Positions 11,907 to 28,105 of a DNA stretch of 64,000 nucleotides are shown here, piece after piece; position 1 is the stretch's first letter; the number at the start of each line of letters is the position of its first letter. A program made the translations under genes and the position numbers. This stretch comes from the human T2T-CHM13v2.0 reference genome, Homo sapiens, in assembly GCF_009914755.1 (NCBI RefSeq), contig NC_060939.1; one strand, 5' to 3'. The notes beneath the pieces are model-generated. The model was not told where the DNA came from. It saw nothing but the letters and a program-made list of their open reading frames with translations, and did not search any database.

Positions 11907-14133
11907 TTACCAGGGGGCAGAGCCACACGTGGCCATGAGACAGCTGCCCCTGGCAGCTGCACGGAGGAGAGCTTGACCGAGCATGCGGGAGGGAGGGCTT
12001 GAGGCTGGCCCGCTGGGAGGGGACAGCTCTGGCAGGAATCCTGGAAGGGCAGGTGTGGAGTCAGACATGATCTGATGTTCTGTGTGGCCAAGGCAGAAGG
12101 CCAGGCAGGAAAAACCCGGTTACTAAGAAGATTGGTTGAGCAGCCATCTCCCTCCCACTGACCGCCCCCCAGGAATCTGTATAACTTCAGCTTATTTTCA
12201 GCCTTTAGTTTCCCCTCGTTGGAGGTTGAGTGCCTGGTCTCTTGATTTTCTAACTGAAGAAGGGATGAAAGTCTGAGATTTCAATCAAAAGCTTAAGAAA
12301 ATAATAATCCTTGGTTGCCCCAATTCTTTCCTGAAAATACCTCACACTAAGAGAAATTGCCTTTAAGCCCCTTTTCTTTTCTTTCATGCTTTAAATTTCT
12401 TTCTTAATTAAAAAGAGTTGTTTACTTGATGTGGGCTCCAAAGTGCTTATTTATTTTAACGTATCTTGTTTCTTTTTTCCTTATCTTCATGACTTGATAA
12501 CTCTATAACTCTCTCTTCTTGTGTCTTAAAATGCCGGTCGTGTCTGTCACTGACATGTGATAAGGAACTTCATAATCAGCCCTTTTCTATTCTCACAGAA
12601 TAGAAGTTGTGTCAATAACAAATGGAAATCACTGAGCTCCAAAATTCAGCTGCCCTAACCTGGCTGCTTGTCCCTATCAGAGATTTTAGAATGTTTTCCC
12701 CTTCAGATGAATTTCAGTTTCACTCAATCCTACCAGTGTTTGATGACAACACTCATGGAAAACTAATGGTAAATTAATGTCTGCCTTCCAAAGTACGTGG
12801 TTGAGTTCACTGTGTAAAAAAATAATGATAATAATACTAAAGGCAGCCAAACTGCTGATTGGCAGAATTTTTTCCCATCACTTAAGGCATTTGAGTTGCA
12901 GTACGCAGTCTGAGAATCCCTCAGAGACACACCACCCAGGGACTTGGATCCTTGATCTCAGAAAGATTGTGATCGAATTAAGTCTGACTCAACAAATAAG
13001 GTCGCTGGGAAGAAGTGCTGGCATTAAATTTACCGTTAACGCCAGGGTCAATTTACTAAACAGTCATCGACGTGTGGTTCCACAAGACCTCTGGGTAAAT
13101 TCCAGAAACTGACTGGGAGGAAGATAGCTTGCGCATGAAGTCACTGAATCCTGGTCAGTGTGACTCTTGATGATCATCTCTCAGTACACCAGAAAGCATT
13201 TCCAAAGACAGGACGCCACTTGGCGTGGAAAGCCTTTGGAAGCTATGGAAGGTGACTTCTTAAGTTAAGTCTAGAAACGGGATGGCAGGAGGACAAGAAA
13301 CTGGGACTCTGGTGCCGGGAGCCTGGAGTCCTCATTCCACTACAGATGTTAACTGGGCTCAGCTATTCAGGTCACTCAGTGGTTCATCTTAGAGTTGTTT
13401 CTAGACTAGATATTTATTGCCCTGCATTACAAAGACGGGAAAGTAAGAGTTCTGTCCATCAGCCAGTTGTCAGGCGTAAATGACGTCTTTCCCTCGCTTC
13501 CTGCGCCGCAGTTTGCTTATCTGTCAGATGGAGACGCTACTTACTTACTTATCTACTCATCACCTCCAGGACTGTTCACATGAATAAGAAGAGAATATAG
13601 ATATGAATTTGGCATACAGAGGGAAAAGTTCCACACAAATAGAAAACACTAGCGGAAATAATTTCTAGATTCTTCCTGGTGAAGCTTTTCAACTACTTCC
13701 AAAACACATCATTGCTGAGCCTGTGCAAATTCAAATGGCACAACCCGAAGAGTCAGTGGCATGGCCTCTTCTCTGGCCAGAGCCTTGGGGGCCATCAGCC
13801 TGCACCTGCCTGTTTGTTCTGCCATTGCCTCATGTTCTCTTCCTCAGACACCGGGGAAGCCAGGATCACAGAGGCACTTGTCAGCTTCCTTCTGAAACAG
13901 CCCTCCTCAGCTTCTCTGCTGTGTCTCCCGGGTCTTCTCACAGAATTCTTGGCCGGGAAGCCACCTTCCTTAAAGGAAATCAAGTCTCCCGATTTCCTAG
14001 AGCCAGAGTAGCATAGGGGGCAGCTGTGGGGCTTGGAGCCAGACAGAGCCTTATTAATTATCCATGGATCTTGCTGAGCCTTGGTTTCTCATCTGTAAAA
14101 TGAGGGTAATAAAGCTACTTTCCTGGTCATCTA

Positions 14134-14709
<576 letters not shown>

Positions 14710-17483
14710 CTATTCAGGTTCTTGCCTCTTTGGAATTGTGTGTATGTGGAGGGAACATCTGGAGGTGTCACTTAATTTTTCATGTTACATCTGGACCTGT
14801 CACATAGCCACAACCGTAACTGTACATGGAGAATCATGTCGTGTGTGCTGTGGACAAGCCAAGAGGTGGCTTTGTGTGCTCTTCTGCCACACAGAAGAGC
14901 TGGGTGCTGCCCAGCGCGGGTGCTGGGTGACCCCGGAGGAAAGAGTCATTCCGAGGGCCTGAAGAAGGGAGGAATCGGTGGCTTGTAAGGTGCACTCCCA
15001 CTTCCTGTGGTTTTCACAGGCGATGACATGAGGACTGGAGATGAAATGAAGCAAAACCTTCTGGGGTCACTTGAGCTATTTCTTTTGAGTCCACGTCTCT
15101 GGGATGGCATGGCCTGTCAGCCACACCCGTTTCTCTCCTGTTGGCAGCTCCATTCTGCAGGGGAGCAAGTGTCCAGTCCTGGGAGCACTGGCAGCAGGGA
15201 TGCTCGGAATGCCCAACCTGTCCTGGGGCCTGCCTTCGCCTCTGCCCCTCAGCTGCCTTGCCATCTCTCTTCCTCCTCTTTATTTTTGTCTGTCCCTATG
15301 GCTGTCAGTGGGGTCTTGAGTCACCTATGTCATCATATCAGGAACATTGTGTGTTCCAAAGTGTGCTTGGTGGAACACTTGTTACTTGAAACAGTGCTTT
15401 GTAAAATGGATCCTGGGGCTAGCAGCTGGAGATGCCGCATCCTCTATCTCCTTCTCGTGGATTTGCAATTCAGATTCTCTCTATTAACCCTGAAGAATCC
15501 CATAATAAATGGTTTAATTTTGCTTAGTAGTTTCGCCCAAACGTTTTTGATCACGGATCCTTTCGTATGAACTCCCAAGAAACACTTATTAGCAGTGTTT
15601 GGTGAATCACACTCTGGGTAAAGCGGGCATGAACAACATATTATTCGTAGGAATGCTGTGACGTCAAACTCACCAGTGAAAAATCTGGCATCAGAGGGTT
15701 ATGGAAAAATGCGTGTGCTTTTTTTTTTTAATACAAATATGACATTGGTGCAGATCAGACGTTCCCACCCCTCTCACCACAAAAAGAACCTTTTTAGTCC
15801 TTTCCTCAAGGGATTCCATGTTTTAAAGGCTTTTAACTACCTAACAAACTACAATTTATTGAATAATAATTTATTTCTTTGAGTTTTATTTATCAAAGAC
15901 ATCCAACGGCCAATTAGGGCTTCTGATCAGTCGAGATAACCATAGTTGTCACACTGAGTTGATATGACTCCAGCCCAAAGCAAATAAACTTAATGTTTTA
16001 TTTAGTCTGGGAACGTCATTGAGGTAAATGTATGGTTTCCTCTGGGCTTTTTGATATCTTGAAAATAGCTTGCAGACCCCCCTTGCTGCCTTCATGGAGT
16101 GCAGGATAGGTGGGAAGCAGGACCATGGATGGAAATGCAGAGGACGCACAGCTGTTAGGAGGGCGGGAGGGACGGGGGGAGGGGGTGGTGACTGGGGCTA
16201 CACCAGGACACTGGATAGTAGAGACTAAGTGGCCACAGCCACTGTGAAGACTGGGGGTCCATGGGTTGGGGTGTCCAGATCCTGGTGAACAAGCAAGAAG
16301 CCACTAGCCAAAGGCACATTCATGGTGCACCCTTAATGTGGGCAAAACCTGGGCACAGCACCTTCCCTCTGTACGCTGGCTGCATTGCACCCACCCTTCC
16401 CCCAGCACCCAGAAGAGGCCCAGGGAGGAGGACAGGGCAAAGGGGAGTGAGGCAGGCTTCTTTGACGGGATACTTTCCCCAGACCTCCCTGATGCATTTT
16501 TCAATCACGAGCTACTATGAGGTGGATGTATTGCCATGGCCACCTTCAGTGTCAGTAGAGCCCCTGGGAGATTAAGGCCCCTGAGGATTCTGCGGTCGGC
16601 TTGCTCCTCACCTCGAAGGAGAGACCTCTGCCCAGGGAGCTCATCCTTGCTTAGCAGAACCTGTGCCACTGTTCATATGGAAAGGATGAGGCACTAGAGC
16701 CACATTCAGGCTCATCAAGCAGTTCTGTCTCAGATGATGGAGAGCCATGCGCTCCCTAAATAGAGGGTTTCCTGGTGCATTGGAGATGGGATTCGACATC
16801 CTGTAATCCACTTTCCACCTGACTTTACAGAAGAGCTGTTACTCGAAGTAAGAGAGAGGGCTCCTCCGCAGGAGAAAAGTGCTCAGGCCATGCCCTTTGC
16901 AGCCCCATTCAGCCTCCATGGGCTGGGTCCTAAGCCCCTCCTGGACCCCCAGTTACTCTCACAGCCCCAGACCCCTGCTTAGCAATGGCCTTGAACTAAA
17001 ACGCATGATCCTACTTTTTGCCTCCCCTCCCTCATTAGTCAGGACAGCATTTTCCCAAAAGATACAATCTGTGTCTGGCGGAAGCCTACTTGCAAAAATA
17101 AATTCTTCCCTGAACATTTTCCAGGCCCATTTTAGAAATAAATCTGGGTGATGCCTTTTACTCATTTCCAAAGCCAAACAACCTGAACCCCGAGGCCTTG
17201 TTCTGCAGTGTAAATGTTACGAGGAGGAGGGAATCAGGATCGGCTCCTCAGAAGAACCCATCTCCACCTCTAGCAGGGAGGCTGAGCAGTCCCCACAGCT
17301 GTACCCACCGCAAACCACTGCTGCTCAGATCTGGGGACACAGGTGGATGGAGCTCACAGCCTGGGTCCCAGGACAGCACAGCCGCACCCATCCCTCTCAC
17401 CCTGCCAGGCTCTCCCGCAGCAGGGAGCCTTCCTCTGGTTTCTGGGTGCACTGACGGCTGCAGCAGCTACAATCTCCCTGATA

Positions 17484-17600
17484 CCCATTCATTCATTCAC
17501 TCACTCACTAAATATTTCTGCTGAGCGCCTGTTATGTGTCAGGCACCGTGCTAAGAGCTAGAAATACAGCAGTGAGCAAGTGCCCACGGGGCCTGGCATA
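17484..17600 (-). mobile_element. L2 3' end
   Basis: cattcattcattcactcactcactaaatatttc...tatgtgtcaggcaccgtgctaag. Confidence 0.75.
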
Positions 17601-17961
17601 TATGGGGCACTCTACTCACAGCACAATGACCAAGTGCATGAGCTGGAAGGCAGGAGGAAGGGAGAAAAGGAAGCGTCTGTGCAGTCAGCTCCCTCTGCTT
17701 TTGTGTGCACCGTCTCATTGAATCTTCCCAACCGCATTCCGTGATTAGAAGGTGTCCCCATCCCCATATTCACAGAAAAACAGCCAAGTTCCAAAGGAAA
17801 GGGGAGAGGTGGATTGATACAGTTTGTCTGATTTCAGAGCTCCGAACTCTCTCATCCACGCACACTACAAAGGCACTCACAAGCTCACAAACACACAGGG
17901 ACACATATTCACCCCCACACATACCTGGACTGTGCCTCCCTCCTCCGGGGGTACCCAGTGA

Positions 17962-18315
<354 letters not shown>

Positions 18316-18429
18316 TAACCATGTTCTGAGCACCCGCTCCGGCTCCTGTATGCTCCTGTCTGGGCCCAGGAACCCAGAGCAACAGGGGAGACTGAGTCCC
18401 TGCCCTTCAGTCATGTGCTGTCTAGAAGG

Positions 18430-19145
18430 AAGCCACTGGCTGTGGCTACTAAACGTGTGAATTGTGGTTAACTCTACATTGACATGTGCTGTGAGTGTGA
18501 AATACACACTGAGTTTCTAAGACTTAGTAAGAAGAAAAGAATGCAAAATATTCCATACTTTAACCAGGTTGAGTACCCCTTATCTGAAATGCTTCAGACC
18601 AGAAGTGTTTTGGATTTCGCATTTGTTCTGTTTTTGGAATACTATTTGTGTATACATAAATGAGATATCTTGGGGATGGGACCTAAGTTTAAACATGAAA
18701 TTCATATATGTTTTTTATACACCGTATATACATAGCCTGAAGGTAACTTCATATAAAATTTTAAATAATTTTGTTCATGAAACAGAAGTTTTGGCTGCAT
18801 GTTGACTGTGACCTGGAACATGAGGTCAGGGGTGGAACTCTCCTTTTGCGGTGTCATGTCAGCACTCAAACGCTTTCGGATTCTGGAGAATTTCAAAGCT
18901 CAGATTTTTTAATTCGGGATGCTCAACCTGTCTTGATCACATGTTGAAATTATACATTTTTTGGATATATTGGGTTAAAGAAAAAGTATGTAAAAGATAA
19001 TTTTCCATGCTTCTTTTAAAAAAATGTGGTGGCTACTTACCTGTTTGAGCTTGCAGGAGCGTATTTTAAAAACGTGGCTACTAAAATATGTAAGGTCACA
19101 TATGAGGCTCACGTGTGTGCTCACATGATATTGCTTAGGGACAGT
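18430..19145. mobile_element. hAT-Charlie MITE (MER3/MER33-like) split by a Tigger element
   Basis: gtgagtgtgaaatacacactgagtttctaagacttagta ... ttttttggatatattgggttaaa ... gtggctactaaaatatgtaa. Confidence 0.6.
18565..18930. mobile_element. Tigger4 (Zombi)-type DNA transposon
   Basis: TIRs caggttgagtaccc ... gggatgctcaacctg; internal ttatctgaaatgcttcagaccagaagtgttttggattt. Confidence 0.85.
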
Positions 19146-20964
19146 GTGGCTGGAGATGGAAAGACAAACCATAAGCAAGCGTACGCATGCGGAACAAGGG
19201 TGCCTGCGAGTGGGGGTACAGGTCAGGGAGGAAGCAGTACAGGGCGGGTGGATGCCAGCAGTCAGGATGGGTGGCCTCACGGGTGGAGGGGAAGCCAGGA
19301 GAGGGAGGAGCCGGGAGTGAGCCCAGTATGAGTCATTTCTTATCCTGCGAGGGACTGGGGCCTGGGTCCTGAAGGAAGGAAGGAAGGAGATCCAGGGAGC
19401 TGTATAGGCGCCTGCCTTTATTCTTTCCCCGACTGAGTGAGGGGTCCTGGCGCTGCAGGGGCCCTCTGGAGGTCACCACCTCCATCCAGCCTCTCAGTTT
19501 CATAGGGTCAGTGTCTGCCACGGTCCTGATCTCGGGTTGGCAAACGGTCCTCAGGCCCTGCCCTCGCGGGTGCTCACTCCACAGGTGCATTAATCCAGTG
19601 CCTGTGATAGTCCAAGCCTGCTCTAAGCGCTGCGGAGGTGGTGGTGACCAATCAAAGTGCCCACTCCAGGGCAGCTCACAGCAAGGGTGGGGTGGCTGGA
19701 GACAGACAACAGGCAAAGGAACAACTACATGTGTCAGGTGTGGTCGGTGAAAAGAAACATCAAGAGGGAGCATGGATGGGTGGGAGCTGTGTTAGAGAGA
19801 AGGTGACATTTCAGGAGGGACCTGAATGAATTCAGGGATGGAGCCATGAGCACACCAAGAGGAAGAGCATCCCAGGGAGCTGGAACAGCAGGTGTGAGGT
19901 AGGAGCAAGCCAAGGACAGCATCAGGCCCACTAGTGGGACACACTGGGTGAGGGGAGAGTAGCCGAGGTGAGGTCGGGGAGCCTCCATGTCAGGGTGAGG
20001 CCAGGCAGACGAGAGTCTCATGAGTGTCCTCCATAAGCGGCAGTTATGGTTATCACTATTATTAGGTTCTAGAAGGCCACACATTCCCTGGAAAGATGAC
20101 AACTACCACCACCCTCAGAATCCTCCAAGCAGAGGGGTGGTGCCTCTGGCCTCACGGCTTGGTGCATAAAAAATGGGACAGCCACACGCTTTCTTCTGCT
20201 TAGCGTATGCTAGCAGTTGATGAGACATTTGGACCGTGTGGCCTGTGGGGGTGGCAGGTGGGAGCTATCAGAGAGGCAGGAGGAGGCTCAAGTGACCTCA
20301 AGACTCAGCAGTTTCCTGCACTTAGGGAGTCAGGGCCCCAGCACCTTGTGACATTCTGCTCTACTGTTCTCCCTCTGCTCTCCAGCCCTGCTTTATCATG
20401 CCCCTCCTCCACTCAAGAACCCACAGTGGCTCCCTATTACCTATTATTCTTCAGCCGACCTTTGCCACAGTGACCATCTGTGCACCTCAGGTGTCTCTGT
20501 TTAATGGTTATTTGCCCCCAAATCCCAGCTCAGACTGCTGGAGGAAATTACTTGTCTCTGTTTTTTTTGCCAAGAGGGAAAGACTTCCTTTGATAAATAC
20601 TTTTTTTCCCCAAGGAAATGAGTGTCGACTTTTCTCCGAACCACAAAGCCAGTGCTACCTGCGCTTGGTCTTCACTGTGAGAGCGCCTCACAGTCCCATG
20701 GGGTGTGGCTGCACTGCTGGTCTCTCAGGACATCTGCACTCACTCAACTGGCCTGGAGGCAAGAGCCTGCCACAGAAGGCCAACTGTCTAGTCCTGCACA
20801 GGCTTCTTCCAATGCAGCAGGATGTATTCAAAGAACACCAGACTCCCACTTCAACTGCACTCGCTCAGCCATTTATGGAGGGGCTACCACATGCCTGCCA
20901 CGGTGCTGTGGCCTGACCTCCTGAAAGAGGTCCCCGTGGGAGGGGACTGATTCCAAATAGGCTT

Positions 20965-21284
<320 letters not shown>

Positions 21285-23214
21285 TAAAGAATGGGTATTA
21301 CTACTTTTCAAATTGTTATGTGACAAGAGAGAAAACTATTCTTTTGAATCCAATAACCATAGCCCTCCAAGCTTATGAAAAACTTCTCCTATTCGATTGT
21401 ATCTTATAATGCGTGCTCTGTTTTCCTGAGGAGGTCCAGGGTCTGGATCCTTATATCGGTTCCTTATCAAGAAGATGCGTGTTATTACGTAGCAATTTGC
21501 CAGTGAGACTCAGGAGGGCTGTGACTTTCTTGAGACCAAATGGCCATGTGATCTGGAACCAGGTGGAACCTCCATGCCTGAATCTAAAGGGTTCTCCAAT
21601 CTGGCTGCATGAGAATCACCAGGGGAACTTTCACCACCACCAGCCTTCCAAGCACCACCCCCAGAGAGTCATTCCACTGGTGGGGATCCCAGGTGATTGT
21701 AATGGCCCGGGAGCTGGGAACCACTGCTTGGAAGCCAGATTGCAAGCCCTCTCTGGCCTGGGGGCAGAGGAGCCTCCTGGCTCTGCCGGTTACTCGCTGT
21801 GTGATTTGAGGTACATCTCTGGTCTTCAGTTTCTTCATTTGCAAGAAGAGAGATCCCTTCCAAGGTCTATTTCTATATGGGATCTGTGAGTTACTCGACA
21901 TCGAGAAGATGTTTGGGAAGGCCTCCTGGAGGAGCAGCATGAACATGGACTTGGACTGTGGCCCTTCCCATATCGGGCTACAGGGAGGGAGGGCAAGACC
22001 CTGCACCAGGTACCTAGTCAACGGTCGCTGTCCTCTGCACTCCACAGTCCTAGGGGTACTCTTGCTGGGGTGGAAGTCGCGACCTCCTCTGAGGGTGAAT
22101 GGGCAGGGCCCACGTCTGCACCTCTCTTAACAGCCCTTTTAGGCCAAGGGGGCTGCAAATGCCTGAGGCTGTTAGGTCTTCAGGGCCAGCCTTGGGCTTC
22201 TGTGGCTCAGGAGCAGGGAGAGGGCGGCCCCAGCCCTCCGGGCTCAGCTCTGGAGGGGCTGAAAGATGGGAGCCCTGAGCTGGCAGGACCTGGAAGATGG
22301 TGTCCTCTCCATAAAACAATTCCCAAAGCCTTTCTTTGTCTTCATTTCCTGATCATGAAAAATACGTTACAGAACAAATAGAACTATGTTTATACTTCCC
22401 AAATTATGAAGGTGATTTCACGTTTTTTGGTGGGTTTTTGGTGTGCGATGGAGTTTGTTTTTCTTCTGGGACATTTTGGGCCTCGCTGCAACATGAAGGT
22501 GGGATGTTGGGGGCACCGGAGGATTTACCCTCTCTAGGCTGTGCTGGTTACTATAGTGGAGGGTCTCAGAGAGCTCCAGGCTGGGGCAGGAGGAGGGTGA
22601 TTATGGCTCTGAGAATAAGAGAACAGGTGAGCCAAGCCATGGAGAAAAACTGAAGTCCTCACCTGCCAGGAGAGAAGCCATGGTGGGCACCTGCTGATTG
22701 TGGCCTGAGGGGCCGCCCTCCACAGTTCCCGTGAGCCTTGTGTGGTCAGGCGTCCCCTGACCTTTCTAACTGAAACCAGGGGAAAGCTGTTCCCCGGCGG
22801 AGCAGCAGGCGTCCCTGTCAGAGCCACCGGCTTTCTCCCTGTGACTCACGGCTGCTTCCTCCTGGTCATCTGGTCCAGGGCAGGCCTAGAGGATGTGTGT
22901 TGACTGACCATGTTCCTGCTAAAAATATGGGTCCTGGAGTCAGAATTTCTTGCTGTGAAAAGCACTTCCTGCAGGCAGGGTGCCTCAGGAAGCAGGTCAT
23001 AACATTGTTTTTCTGAGCCTTTCTCTTCTTGTGTGGGGTCTCTATATTCAGAGTCTATAAACATGAACAAATGTATGTACGGTGGCCAGGAAAGCGGGAA
23101 ACAGGTGGCGGTGCTCACGGGGCAGCACTGGACTGGGGAATGCTTTCAGCAGCTCCCCCCGTGGGCGTGTCAGTGTGGACTCCCTCCAAGACACTCTGGC
23201 GCAAGGGCCATTGA

Positions 23215-23545
23215 TTTTCTTTTTCTTTGTTTCTTTGTTTCTTTTTTCTTTTTTTTTTTTTGTAAGACAGAGTCTCACTCTGTCGCCCAGGCTGGAGTGC
23301 AGTGGTGCAATCTCAGCTCACTGCAATCTCTGCCTCCCAGGTTCAGAGATTCTCATGCCTCAGCCACCCAAGTAGTTGGGATTACAGGTGCATGCCACCA
23401 TGCCCAGCTAATTTTTGTATTTTTAATACAGACAGGGTTTCACCATGTTGGCCAGGCTGGTCTCAAATGCCTGACTTCAAGTGATCCGCCCGCCTCGGCC
23501 TCCCGAAGTGCTGGGATTACAGGCGTGAGCCAACACACCTGGCCT
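23215..23545 (-). mobile_element. Alu
   Basis: Canonical antisense Alu. Confidence 0.9.
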
Positions 23546-24056
23546 TCTTTGGTTTTCTAGCTCCCATCTACTCAGCATGGGCGGAAATCCAATTTGTTGT
23601 GCTTCCTGGCTTCTGGGGTCCTGTGGACCTGACAGGGTCTTGCACCATTCAGAGAACTGGCTCTCCGGGCCTCAGGACGCCCTGAGCACTGCTCAGAGGT
23701 TCACTCTTCAGTCACTGTGGTCCCCGGGAGCAGTGCTGATGAGTTGAAGCTCAGCCTCTGGGTATTCATGCTCCACCCCCTGAGCAGCCTTGGACACCCT
23801 TCCCCCTCACTCCTCACCATTTGCTGAGACCACCACCCCTGCCCCCCTATCTATCCCAGCCTCTTCAACTAAAGCTGCCAATCTCACGCCCTGCTCCTCT
23901 GGGACCACCTCTCCCCACACCCCATGGGCCTGAAACATAAGAGTTCTTTACTTGGGGGGTTGGGGGTGGGTGAGAACACTCAGCCCTTCAGAAACACACA
24001 GCAGCCTCTTCTCCCCAGAATCAGGAGGGGAAGGGAGAAAGGGGAAGGAAGATGCT

Positions 24057-24790
<734 letters not shown>

Positions 24791-25289
24791 TTTGTCTCTG
24801 GGAATATAGAGTAAAACAGCAGCCAAATAACACTCCAAAACAAAACAAAACAAAACATCCCAGAAGACGAATTGTAGTTTAGTTTTTTTTTTTTTGTTTT
24901 ACTAAGTAGCTCCCCTTGTTACGTTAGCCTCGTTTTACAGACGAAGAACCCAGGGCTAAGAGGGTTCCTTGGGCTGCCATGTGGCACTGGGTGGGGGTTT
25001 ATGGAGGTCATGGCCCCATGTCTATGCTCTCAATCTGACCAGCGTAGGCATCAGGGTGGGCACTGCCCTGCACAGAGGCCCAAGGGTGGTCCTGACCATG
25101 TTGCCCAGGATGGTCTCAACTCATCTGCTGAGAGATGGCCTCCATCACAACCTTAGCCTCTGCTGGCAAACAGGTGGAAAGGAACCAAAAGACAAGTAAA
25201 TCCCAGCCATTAAAGGTAGAGCTGGCTGAGCCTCCTTCAGAGAATGCATGATGGTGACGCACACCTCCACAACACCCAGGCTTGATTTA

Positions 25290-25465
25290 TGGACGCAGAT
25301 GTGCATATATCACCTCCTGTAATCCTCACAAGAATCCTATTATTTCCATTCTCCAGATCATAAAATGGGCATGCAGATGTTGAGTAACTTTACCAAATCC
25401 TATAACTAGTAAGTTGCCGAAAATGGGATCTGAACCCAAATCCCTTAAGTCCAGTGTTCTTTCCA
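25290..25465 (-). mobile_element. MIR fragment
   Basis: taatcctcacaagaatcctat...gagtaactttaccaa...ctagtaagt...gggatctgaacccaaa. Confidence 0.65.
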
Positions 25466-26043
25466 TAATATATCAGTGAATATAGCTGAGATTTCATTTT
25501 TTAGACAGATAAAAATCAAGAGAGGTGAGTACCAACGTTTGCACTTTTCATTTGACAATAATAGACAACAAGGAAACCAATTTGAAATTTCAGTCTCTCT
25601 TTAGGAACTTAAAGATGAAGAAAAACTAGGAGAGTGGTTATTCTACAAAGTACCATCAGGTGGCACCATTGCACAGCGGCTGCATATCCCCAAGGTTCAA
25701 CTCAACAGAAGGACCAGCTCAGTCTGGCCAGCTGCGACCCCACCCTGGCCATGGCATGTCCCCGCCCCACACCTTTACTAATATGATGTCAAGATCTGAT
25801 GTGTGAATAAGAAACGTAGCATCCCATGTCTCAGTTAGCTGCTGTCCATGTACTAGTCCATCTATTTTTGTCTGGTAACTATTTTAAGTTATCTTGACCT
25901 TGTTAAATGTTTTAACAGGATCTGATCTGTCTCTGAAAACATTGCACTCTCTTGTCTGGAGGTGCAGGGACAGGAAGGAAACCTTTAATCAAGGTCCCCC
26001 TTGGCCTGAGATGATGGTGGGATAGGTGTGGGGTCTAGATTGA

Positions 26044-26535
<492 letters not shown>

Positions 26536-26942
26536 CAGTTAGTTTTATAATGCTGCATGAAATCTAGATTATTTGAAAATACCACATAAAAATAATTGCT
26601 ATGACATTTAAATATAGTGACAATGAAGTTCATAACAGAATTTGTATTAGAGTATTATTATTGCATAACACAAAAATTTGCCTTCTGTACAATCTCTTAC
26701 ACGGAAACATAAAATGTCAAGAATTTTCTGTAAGGAAACATAAAAGTAGATTAGCTACAAGTAAGACTAATAAACATAGCATACCTTTTATACATTGTAG
26801 AAATAGTTATTTTTTATTCAATAATTTGAATGTAAAGGGCTTTGAATTGTTTTTGTTTTGTATGTTACCAATAACTTGAAGCTGTTTCAAGCTGTTAAAT
26901 CTAAATTCTAGTCTCTGTAGAGATTATACCGGTTCCCACATG

Positions 26943-28105
26943 TGTCATGGGATGCCTTGTGCCCCTCCAAAATTCATATGTTCAAGTCCCAACCCCCAGT
27001 ACCTCCGAATGTGACTGTATTTGGTGCTAGGTTCTTTAAAGAAATAATTAACCCTTTTCCTGTTTAGGAAAAAAAAAAGTGCAGCCCACTGCCAGCATTT
27101 TTTTTTTTTTTTGAGACAGAGTCTTGCTCTGTTGCCCAGGTTGGGGTTCCATGGCACAATCTTGGCTCACTGCAACCTCTGCCCCTCAAGTTCAAATGAT
27201 TCTCCTGCCTCAGCTTCCTGAGAAGCTGGGACCACAGGCATGCACCACCACATCTGGCTAATATATATGTATTTTTTGTAGAGACGGGGTTTCGCCATGC
27301 TGCCCAGGCTGGTGTCAAACTCCTGACCTCAAGTGATCTGTCCACCTCAGCCTCCCAAAGTGCTGGGATTATAGGCATGAGCCACCGTGCTTGGCCAGAG
27401 CTCATTTAATTTTACATAAACCAACCTGACTGATTTTCAATGTGAAAGTAAAATTTAAAAACTGTTCTTGGAGTTATGTGTAAACAGAACTAACATCAAA
27501 ATCATCTCAATCATCAGAATCGTCTATTTCAGAAAAATAGGATTAATCAAATGAATCTTTGGCCAACAACTCTTTGAGAATGATCACATAGGAATGCTAT
27601 GTTTTCTCGGATTTGACATTTTCAGCGATCGAGAATTACTATATTTTCTAAATGGAAATGCCACTACTAAAGACAGAACGCTATACCTAGAATGATGTCT
27701 TATACGTAGAATGATGTCTTTTGTTTCCAAAGTTGATACACTAAAGCAAAGTGAAAATAATAAAAGGGAGATGTTTTGTGACCAAATTACTTTGGGGTAA
27801 ACGCTGCAGCCGCAAGAGCTGCTGGTGAGTGTTCTTGGGGCAAACAGGAAAAGAGTTAAGGGAAAAATTTAGGTCCTGTGGATGGGCTCTAATCCAATAT
27901 GATTGGTGTCCTTATAAGAAGAGGAGATCAGGGCACAACGCACAGACAGCGGGGACCACGTGAAGACACAGGGAGAAGACTGCATCTACAAGCCAAGGAG
28001 AGACCAACCCCGGCGGCCCCTGATCTCAGACTTGTGGCCTCCAGCACTGGTGCTCAGCCACCCCGGCTGTTCCCTCATGACGGCAGCCCCAGCAGATGAA
28101 TACCC
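26943..28105 (+). mobile_element. MaLR MLT1 LTR split by MER75
   Basis: ccctccaaaattcatatgttcaagtcccaacccccagtacctccgaatgtgactgtatttgg ... ctaatccaatatgattggtgtccttataagaagagga...gtgaagacacagggagaagac. Confidence 0.8.
27052..27855 (-). mobile_element. MER75 piggyBac-family MITE containing an Alu (~27098-27397, minus)
   Basis: TTAA at 27048-51 and 27856-59; TIRs cccttttcctgttt / aaacaggaaaagag; internal sequence matches MER75 as I recall it (aaaactgttcttggagtt, gacattttcagcgatcgagaattac, ggggtaaacgctgcagccgcaag). Confidence 0.9.
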
